From Anaerolineae bacterium (GTDB lineage Bacteria > Chloroflexota > Anaerolineae > JAAYZQ01): 54,086 nt of DNA. A program made the position numbers and the translations under genes. Positions 10,005 to 16,932 of this stretch are shown piece after piece. Each line of letters opens with the position of its first letter. The first letter of the stretch is position 1. The stretch is taken from positions 1-54,086 of the forward strand of contig JAMJFU010000003.1 of NCBI GenBank assembly GCA_023544525.1, given 5' to 3'. A model generated the notes under the pieces. That model searched no databases and was not told the origin of the DNA. It worked only from the letters and a program-made list of their open reading frames with translations.

Positions 10005-10049
10005 AAAGCAGGCTCCCGCCGTGATGGTGCTACGGTGCAGGAGCCTTGC
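10005..10049 (-). terminator. Hairpin between DUF151 and dnaB (possible weak terminator or attenuator)
   Basis: GCAGGCTCC...GGAGCCTTGC stem with an inner stem and only a short U run on the minus strand. Confidence 0.4.
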
Positions 10050-10132
10050 GCGTAACTCCTCAGGCCGACGGTAGAGTGGGCTGCTGGCCCATCCTGGCCA
10101 GCGATCGGCTGTCTTTGCCTGGGGCGTCTATG

Positions 10133-10633
10133 TCATTCTCCCAGATCGCCGAGATCCAATCCCTCAATAAAGTCCTTATATGGTGCCAGCTGCTCCTCTT
10201 CTTCAGGCGTAATCTCGTCCAGATCGATCTCCTCGTCGGGTACCACCCCTGCTCGCTCCATGACTGTTTCGTTGACAAAGATAGGTGCTTGCACGCGCAC
10301 GGCCAGGGCGATGGCGTCGCTGGGGCGCGAGTCCAACTCGACGAGCTCTCCGTTTCGATCCATCACCACCCGGGCGTAGAACGTGTCGTCTTGGAGGTCA
10401 TTGACCAGAACGTGGGATACGCGGGCCCCCAGCTTCTCTATGCTCTGGCGCAGAAGGTCATGGGTCAAGGGCCTGGCAATCTCGATGTCCTGCAACTTGA
10501 TGGTAATGGCGTCGGCCTCGTAGGGCCCAATCCAGATGGCCAGATAGCGTTCCATGCCCTCTTCTTTGAGGACCACGACCCGGTGTTGGGACAGCAAGCT
10601 GGCCCGAACACTGTCAATAGTGACCTTGATCAT
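10133..10633 (-). CDS. Bifunctional nuclease family protein (DUF151)
   Basis: [17 protein letters not shown] and [11 protein letters not shown] motifs. Confidence 0.93.
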   Translation of the reverse strand: MIKVTIDSVRASLLSQHRVVVLKEEGMERYLAIWIGPYEADAITIKLQDIEIARPLTHDLLRQSIEKLGARVSHVLVNDLQDDTFYARVVMDRNGELVELDSRPSDAIALAVRVQAPIFVNETVMERAGVVPDEEIDLDEITPEEEEQLAPYKDFIEGLDLGDLGE

Positions 10634-10699
10634 GGTTGACTCCTATCCAATAGCCACTCGGCGTCCAGGTCCGCCATTCGGACCCGATGATGTGGTCCG

Positions 10700-10727
10700 A
10701 TTATACCACAAGACACGCTGGACGCAA
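10700..10727 (-). promoter_or_regulatory. Promoter for DUF151-dnaB
   Basis: TTGCGT-N16-TATAAT with an extended -10 (TGG). Confidence 0.6.
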
Positions 10728-10903
10728 GTTAGCCACGCTCGCTCCTAAGGTGGCGCGGGCAGAGGTCGTGTCCTGCCTCCTCAGCGGTGAGCGCCGGCTG
10801 CCCATCGAGGGCATGAATCACGCCGCGCGATCTACATGGGGGACCCCTGGCCTTCCGCCGAGAGACGCAGGCAGGCCGTCTCACCTGGGGCACAGCGGGG
10901 CCA

Positions 10904-12049
10904 TCAGCGAAGCGTGGTCCTCAGCCATGCCTCGATCCACTGCTCGCGGTTCTCCTCGATAGCGTCGGGATCCACGGTCACAGGGTTCTCGGGGATCTGG
11001 GCGAACTTGACAAAGACCTCGGGCAGCTCTGCCTGGCTGTTTGCCGGGAAGACGAACATCCTGAGCGGGATGTCTTCCTGGAAAGTCACGCCCAGCATAA
11101 AGTCGATCCATTGCTCTGCCAGATCACGGTTCTCCGTGCCTCTCAGGATACCGACGAACTCGATCTGGCGAAAGCAGCTTTGGTCTGCCGTCACGACCCC
11201 GGTTGGCGCCTCCTCAAAAGGATCCTCGGCAAAGTAGACCTCCACGGGAGGGCTGCTGGCATAGCTGACGACGATCGGCCGGTCGCCGTCCGAGGCATAG
11301 GTGAAACTGCCATAGTAGGCGTCCTCCCAGCCGTCTGTCACCAGAACGTCGTTGGCCCGCAGGTCAGCCCAGTAGTCCAGGTAGGTATAGTCGCCGGATT
11401 CGCCGTAGCGTCCCACCGTGACGAGGAGAAAGGCCAGGCCGGGCGATGACGTGGCAGGGTTCTCGACCACGGTCAAGCCCGCGTAGTCAGGGCTGATCAG
11501 ATCGGGCAGGTCGCTGGGTGGGGCCAGCCCCTGCTCCTCGAACCAGGCCTTGTCGTAGTTCAGGCACACGTCGCCATAGTCCACGGGCAACATCCGGTGG
11601 CTGGGATCAAGCTCGAACTCATCCGGGATGTCAGCCAGGACGGGAGATTCATACGCCTCGAGGATGTCTCCCTGGAGAGCACGGCTCAGGAACGTGTTGT
11701 CGACGCCATAGATGACGTCGGCCAGGGGGTTATCCTTACTCAGCAGAGCCTGGTTGAGCATCAGGCCCGTGTCCCCCTGCTCGAGAAATTGGACCTGGCA
11801 ATTGCAGCTTTCCTGGAACGCCGCAATCACCTCTTCACTGGCGTCAAAGCTGCTGTGGGTCATTACCGTCAGCGTGCGCCCGGCTGCCCCGGCTGTGGGC
11901 TCTGGTAGGGGACTCTCAAGGGCCGTGGCCGGCGGCATGCTGCTGGGGGGCGAAGTGGCCGGTGCCTCAGCCGTTGGACTGGGCTGGGGCCCACAGGCAG
12001 CCAGGAACAATGCCAGCATGAACATGGTGAACACCAACAATCGTCTCAT
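10904..12049 (-). CDS. thiB: Thiamine ABC transporter substrate-binding lipoprotein
   Basis: Lipobox LAAC, THSSF, ADVIYGVDN, NPATSSPGLAFL, SYASSP and CFRQIEF motifs; downstream of a TPP riboswitch. Confidence 0.93.
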   Translation of the reverse strand: MRRLLVFTMFMLALFLAACGPQPSPTAEAPATSPPSSMPPATALESPLPEPTAGAAGRTLTVMTHSSFDASEEVIAAFQESCNCQVQFLEQGDTGLMLNQALLSKDNPLADVIYGVDNTFLSRALQGDILEAYESPVLADIPDEFELDPSHRMLPVDYGDVCLNYDKAWFEEQGLAPPSDLPDLISPDYAGLTVVENPATSSPGLAFLLVTVGRYGESGDYTYLDYWADLRANDVLVTDGWEDAYYGSFTYASDGDRPIVVSYASSPPVEVYFAEDPFEEAPTGVVTADQSCFRQIEFVGILRGTENRDLAEQWIDFMLGVTFQEDIPLRMFVFPANSQAELPEVFVKFAQIPENPVTVDPDAIEENREQWIEAWLRTTLR

Positions 12050-12079
12050 CTCAGTACCTCCTTACATGGCACACTGCGT

Positions 12080-12730
12080 TCAGTCCGTTGGCTGGGGGCC
12101 ATGAACCAGCAGCAACTGGCCTTGTCTCACCGAAACCTCCGCTTCAGGGCCCACCATCTCGTTGCTCACGCCACGGCTGAATCCGAATCTCAACATGTCG
12201 TCTTCCAGAGCCCAGGCCAAGCCCTGGGTTGTGACGCCATGGACATCTCCGCCCCAGGGGAGAAGGGAGATGAGGTCTCCGGGCCTGCCCGACACCGCCA
12301 CCGTCTCGCCATCTCGGACTACGAGGATCTCTTCTGGGCCATGAACGACGCGGACGGTCACTTCCTTGAGCTCGGGCAGCGTCAACAGCAGCAGATTTGA
12401 GAGGGTGTGATCCAGCCTGCCTCCCAGGACGCCAAAGAGGATGATGTCCCGCGCACCCTGCTCACGCGCAAAGGACAGGGCCAACTCCAGATCGGTCTGG
12501 TCCTTGGCACGGGGGTGATCGACGAACTGTGCGCCTCTTGCTTCCAGTGCCTGCCGGGCACGCTCCGACAGAGAGTCCATGTCGCCGATGACGAACTTGG
12601 GAACCAGCCCCCAACGCAGTGCTTGGCCTGCGCCTCCATCGGCACCGATGATCAGATCCCCCTCACGGACCCAGGAACGCCAACTCGAATCATCTGCCGA
12701 ATGGCCGCTGGCAACGATGATGGCCCTCAT
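12080..12730 (-). CDS. thiN: Thiamine diphosphokinase
   Basis: GADGG, IGDMDS, KDQTDLELAL, GGRLDHTL and GVSNE motifs; SD GGAGG before ATG 12730. Confidence 0.95.
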   Translation of the reverse strand: MRAIIVASGHSADDSSWRSWVREGDLIIGADGGAGQALRWGLVPKFVIGDMDSLSERARQALEARGAQFVDHPRAKDQTDLELALSFAREQGARDIILFGVLGGRLDHTLSNLLLLTLPELKEVTVRVVHGPEEILVVRDGETVAVSGRPGDLISLLPWGGDVHGVTTQGLAWALEDDMLRFGFSRGVSNEMVGPEAEVSVRQGQLLLVHGPQPTD

Positions 12731-12788
12731 GTCTCCCTCCTCTGTTCTCCCCGAGCTTGTGGCCTTTACTCCGCGGAGCAATACCCGC

Positions 12789-12822
12789 AACAAGAAGACC
12801 GCCTAGCCTTTGGCCGGCGGTC
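12789..12822 (-). terminator. Riboswitch expression-platform terminator
   Basis: GACCGCC-GGCCAAAGGCTA-GGCGGTC hairpin followed by TTCTTGTT, between the aptamer and thiN. Confidence 0.6.
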
Positions 12823-12841
12823 CGTTTGCCATTCTCTTTGG

Positions 12842-12936
12842 TCTTCCCTACGCCGGCATTACCCAGGTCAGGTTCAAAGGGTCGACAACGGCGACGGTTG
12901 CCCTCTCAGCCTGGCTCCCCCCAGGCTCCCCTAGCG
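12842..12936 (-). ncRNA. TPP riboswitch aptamer
   Basis: Minus strand reads CTAGGGGAGCC...GGCTGAGA...GACCCTTTGAACCTGACCTGGGTAATGCCGGCGTAGGGAA, upstream of thiN-thiB. Confidence 0.96.
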
Positions 12937-12958
12937 TCACTTGATTGTTAACATACAT

Positions 12959-12987
12959 AGTGTACCATTTTCCTCTGGCCGTGTCAA
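12959..12987 (-). promoter_or_regulatory. Promoter of the TPP riboswitch leader
   Basis: TTGACA-N17-TACACT with an extended -10. Confidence 0.75.
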
Positions 12988-13170
12988 ATGCTGAGACGGG
13001 CCTCAAGTTGTGACCCTGCCCTGCCCTCGACTGCAACAGCGCATTGCCCTGCAACCGTGAGCGCGGAATCGCGTATAGGAGGGCGAGTAGGAAAACGTGG
13101 AGAGCATTCCCCACTGCAATCGGCCGCCACGGCCGGTCGCAGTTGGCAAGGAATGGTGGAGGTGAGTGAA

Positions 13171-13815
13171 ATGTCGGAAGTTGAGCGAGATGTGAGCGCA
13201 GAGGCCGAGTCGCCGGGGGCCACCCAGAAGTTGGGGGCAGACAGCGGCCCGTCCGAGCCAGCAGCCAGGCGCGCAGAGACCCAGAAGCTGACTGATCCGC
13301 AGGAGCGACGCTCACGGGCGGTCGTGCCAGTGCCCCACCTGGGGCTGACGCGGGAGGAGATGACTTGGGCAGCCGCGGCCCACGCCAGCATCCTGGCCAC
13401 CCTGTTGTTAGGGATCTCTACGGGTGGCTTGGCGGCCATCTTTGGGCCGCTGATCCCGGCCCTGATCTGGTACGTATACCGGGACAAGTCCGAGTATGTC
13501 GTAGAGCAAGCCCGGCAGGCGACGATTTTCCAGGTAGCAGGCATCGTTGCCTTGCTGGCGCTGGCCACAGTCGGAACCGTGTTGGTGGCCCTTGGCTGGG
13601 CGGTCAGCGCAGTGATGCTCATCGTCCTGATCGGCTTGCTCCTGCTACCCGTCATGCTGATTGTTACGCTGTTGTGGGCGGCGGTGATAGTGGCCCTGCC
13701 GGTGGCACAGGTGGCCTATGGCTGCTTTGCGGCGGTAGAGACCTACCATGGACGTCCCTTCCGCTACCGCTGGATCGCCGACCTGATCGAGCGTTATCAA
13801 GCACAAACCGCGTAG
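13171..13815 (+). CDS. DUF4870-domain membrane protein
   Basis: WAAAAHAS, PLIPALIWYVYRDKSEYVVEQARQA and GRPFRY motifs; SD GGAGGT before ATG 13171. Confidence 0.85.
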   Translation: MSEVERDVSAEAESPGATQKLGADSGPSEPAARRAETQKLTDPQERRSRAVVPVPHLGLTREEMTWAAAAHASILATLLLGISTGGLAAIFGPLIPALIWYVYRDKSEYVVEQARQATIFQVAGIVALLALATVGTVLVALGWAVSAVMLIVLIGLLLLPVMLIVTLLWAAVIVALPVAQVAYGCFAAVETYHGRPFRYRWIADLIERYQAQTA

Positions 13816-13858
13816 AGCTGGCCGAAGAGCGCTCGGGTTAATCCCGAGCCTCCATGCG

Positions 13859-13900
13859 AAAAGCGCCCTCTGTCTCAATAGACGGAGGGCGCTTGACTTT
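13859..13900. terminator. Bidirectional terminator between DUF4870 and lgt
   Basis: AAGCGCCCTCTGTCT-CAAT-AGACGGAGGGCGCTT 15-bp stem between convergent genes. Confidence 0.8.
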
Positions 13901-13941
13901 GCCTGCACGCTCTACCGGCAGCGGCGAGTGCGGTTTGAGGG

Positions 13942-14853
13942 TCACGCCTGGGCCTGGCTGGTCTCCTCCTCAGGCGATGCTTCGTCACGGGAATCCTCTT
14001 CAGCGCCCGAGCGATCCCAGAATACGTGGCGCAGGACCAACGCCCCTGAACTCAAGACAACCATGCCGATGGCGATCCACTGGGCCGTTGCCAGCGAGCC
14101 GATGGTCCAGGCGTCGGGCCGGAAGAACTCGACAAAGAAGCGCCCCAGGGGATAGAGGATGAGGTAACCCAGGAACACATCCCCATCCCGAAGCCTGTGC
14201 GGCAAGCGGGCATGGATGTTGTACAGGAGGAGAAAGACGCCCAGCGACCACAAGGATTCGTACAGGAACGTGGGATGGAAACGGGTCTCGTAGGTCGTCC
14301 CCGGTGGCAGAGGCTGGTGCGGCAGGTTCGGGTTGATCTTGAGACCGAACCAGTCGGAGCCGGTCGGAGGCCCGTAAAGCTCCTGGTTGATAAAGTTGCC
14401 CCAGCGACCGATGAATTGGCCAAAGGCCAGGCCTGCGCCGCCCACGTCGAGCCACTGCAGGGGATTGAGATGCTGCCACCAGGCGTAGATGATGACCCCC
14501 AACGCACCACCCACAATGGCGCCATAGATGCCCAGGCCCATGAAGCCACCACTTTCCCAGATCTTGAACGCATCCAGGAAATGGTCCTTGTAGTAGGGCC
14601 AGCCACAAGCGTAGGTCGCATTGGGTGGGCAGCCGGCCGGTGTCGAGAAGACATGGTATAGCCGGGCGCCGAGGATGGCCATGATGACCGCCAGGAAGAG
14701 CGCGTTCCAGACATGGTCCGAATCCCAGCCTCGCTTGTTGGCCAGCCGGGCGGCAAAGTAGGCGCCCAGGGCCACTCCTAGCATGATGAGTACGCCGTAC
14801 CAGCGCACTTCGAAAGGTCCTATTTCAAAGATCACGGGAGGAATCGGGTTCAT
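13942..14853 (-). CDS. lgt: Prolipoprotein diacylglyceryl transferase
   Basis: RWYG, GARLYHV, GQFIGRWGNFINQELYG, HPTFLYE and RFFVEFFR motifs. Confidence 0.96.
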   Translation of the reverse strand: MNPIPPVIFEIGPFEVRWYGVLIMLGVALGAYFAARLANKRGWDSDHVWNALFLAVIMAILGARLYHVFSTPAGCPPNATYACGWPYYKDHFLDAFKIWESGGFMGLGIYGAIVGGALGVIIYAWWQHLNPLQWLDVGGAGLAFGQFIGRWGNFINQELYGPPTGSDWFGLKINPNLPHQPLPPGTTYETRFHPTFLYESLWSLGVFLLLYNIHARLPHRLRDGDVFLGYLILYPLGRFFVEFFRPDAWTIGSLATAQWIAIGMVVLSSGALVLRHVFWDRSGAEEDSRDEASPEEETSQAQA

Positions 14854-14881
14854 TCTCCACTCCATCTATGGGAATTCTGGA

Positions 14882-14909
14882 ATTATACCACAAGTGGCAA
14901 CGGGCGCAA
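14882..14909 (-). promoter_or_regulatory. lgt promoter
   Basis: TTGCGC-N16-TATAAT with an extended -10. Confidence 0.6.
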
Positions 14910-14996
14910 CCCGCGACCCGGCTGGCCCAGCCATTCTCAACTTGGGCGTCTGCCTCGCAGGCCGGGGCGCCGGGCTGCGCAGTGTGCCTGCCCAGG

Positions 14997-16445
14997 TCAC
15001 TCGCCGGAGAGCTGGCCAAGTGCGCTGCGGATGAGCTTTGCCAGATTGCGCGCCCGCTGCGGCGCATCCCCGACGTAACCCCCCGCGTCCAGGAGGGCCC
15101 GCACCTGGTCCTCACCGAGAAAGGCCCGCACCACGGGATCGGCAGCCAGAAGGGCGACCAACGGATTGGATTCGGCGCGTTGGGTCTGCTCCAGGACCGC
15201 CCAGGCAGCCAGGCTGTGCTCTCGAATCCGCTCGTGCATCTCCTGGCGGTCGGCTCCGGCCTTGACCAGCTCCATCAGCAGGCGCTCGGTGGCAGCAAAG
15301 GTACCATAGACGGCCAGATGGTGGGCGACCCTCTCGTCGTGGATAACCAGCCCCTCCAGAATCGCCTGGGCCCGGTGCAGCAGCTCGTCACTGAGTAGAA
15401 ACGCCTGGGGCAGGACCAGCCGCCGGTTGCCCGAGTCGTCCAGGGTGCGCTCCAGGAGCGAGTGGGCAGCGTTGTCCCACGCGACGCGGGGCAGCGCGGC
15501 GACCAGCCGGGCCAGGCTGTCCATGTTCTCCGCGGCTACGGGATTCCGCTTAAAGGGCATGGCCGATGAGCCTACCTGGCGGCGTGCAAAGGGCTCGCTC
15601 CATTCGCCAAAGGGCTGGGACTGCAGGACCCGCAGGTCGAACGCAAACTTGTACAGCGAAGCGGCCAGCCCGGCCAGGGCATTCAGCACCAGCCAGTCCT
15701 GTTTGCGGGGGTAGATCTGTGTGGACACGGGAAAGGCTTCGATCCCCAACCTGGACATCACCTTTGCTTCCAGATCGCGAGCCTGAGCCTCTTCCCCTCT
15801 GCTGGCCCCTTCTTGAGGCGATGGCGGACTGAGGAGTTGCGTGTACGAGGCGGACGTTCCTGTCGCCCCGCTGATGCCCTTGCCCCTGATGCTGTCGCGG
15901 ACCCGCTGTAGCTCCTCCAGGTCCGTCAGGAGATCAAAGCCATACTGGGCCAGGCGGTAGCCAACGGTCGACGGTTCAGCGGGCTGGAGGTGCGTGTAGG
16001 CCATGCAGACCTGCTCCGCCCGGGCCTCGACCAGGGCGGCCAGGCTGGCCAACAGAGCGCGTAGTTGGTCGAGAATGAGATCCAATCCCTCGCGCAGGCG
16101 CAGGGCATCGGCGTTGTCTTCGATGTCCATGCTGGTGGCGCCGAGATGGATGATGCCACCGCCCACCGGACATTGCTCAGCGAAGGCCCTGATCTCGGCC
16201 ATCAGATCGTGGCGCGTCTCGGCCTCGATCTCGTGCGCACGTTCGATGTCCACCTCGCCAGCGCGGGCGTGCAGGTCGGCGACCTGCTCGGGCGTCACCA
16301 GGCCAAACTCAGCCTGGGCCTCCGCCAGGGCCACCCAGATGCGCCGCCAGAGCAGCCGTTGGTAAGCCATGCTCCAGATGCGGCGCATTTCGTCAGAGCC
16401 GTAGCGCCAGGTCAGTGGTGACAGGTAGGTCTCGTGGCCATACAT
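14997..16445 (-). CDS. purB: Adenylosuccinate lyase
   Basis: YLSPLTWRY, RHDLMA, IHLGATS, THLQPA and GSSAMPFKRNP motifs; SD AAGGAGG before ATG 16445. Confidence 0.96.
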   Translation of the reverse strand: MYGHETYLSPLTWRYGSDEMRRIWSMAYQRLLWRRIWVALAEAQAEFGLVTPEQVADLHARAGEVDIERAHEIEAETRHDLMAEIRAFAEQCPVGGGIIHLGATSMDIEDNADALRLREGLDLILDQLRALLASLAALVEARAEQVCMAYTHLQPAEPSTVGYRLAQYGFDLLTDLEELQRVRDSIRGKGISGATGTSASYTQLLSPPSPQEGASRGEEAQARDLEAKVMSRLGIEAFPVSTQIYPRKQDWLVLNALAGLAASLYKFAFDLRVLQSQPFGEWSEPFARRQVGSSAMPFKRNPVAAENMDSLARLVAALPRVAWDNAAHSLLERTLDDSGNRRLVLPQAFLLSDELLHRAQAILEGLVIHDERVAHHLAVYGTFAATERLLMELVKAGADRQEMHERIREHSLAAWAVLEQTQRAESNPLVALLAADPVVRAFLGEDQVRALLDAGGYVGDAPQRARNLAKLIRSALGQLSGE

Positions 16446-16481
16446 GGTGCCTCCTTCTCCCGGAGCGGGACCCACGGACGC

Positions 16482-16598
16482 GCCCGAATTCGCACGTAGG
16501 CGACCCCGGCAAAGGGGTCAAACGCACCAGGACTGCGGTTGTCTCCTACGCTCATGCCTCTTGGCACGGGTCGCGTTCTGGGCCGGCAGTCCTCGGGC
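16482..16598 (-). ncRNA. Candidate structured 5' leader of purB (unassigned riboswitch-like RNA)
   Basis: Starts just after TATAAT (16615-16610) and contains nested stems GCCCGA/TCGGGC, GGACTGC/GCAGTCC, CGTGCC/GGCATG and GACCCC/GGGGTC. Confidence 0.45.
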
Positions 16599-16809
16599 TC
16601 GGCGAGCACATTATACACGATTTTGGTTTTGCAGGAAAGAAAGAGCCCCCGATCCTCGGTCTGGCGTGACGAGTGCCCTTGGGCCAAGGCGCCATGCACC
16701 GAGTCCTTGCCACAGGTGTGTCTTCTGGGAGAGCGGCGCACGATGTCCCGTGGTCGTCAGGACCAGGTCCCTGGCCCCTGGCGCAGGCCCACGCCGCTGA
16801 TCGCACTAC

Positions 16810-16838
16810 TTGACCGATCTCCTGCCTATGTGTATAAT
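16810..16838 (+). promoter_or_regulatory. Promoter of the pur operon
   Basis: TTGACC-N17-TATAAT. Confidence 0.8.
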
Positions 16839-16932
16839 CGGCCAGTCATTTCCTCACCTGGCTAGATGCGCCCTACATATCGGGACAGGGCGGTACAACT
16901 CCATAAGGTGTGTCTGTTGGCAAGGGGGAAAC

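Noticed and set aside
16446-16932. Guanine, ZTP (pfl) or PRPP (ykkC) riboswitch in the purB-purL intergenic region
   Set aside because: Their signature sequences could not be found by eye on either strand; the structures are reported as unassigned instead.
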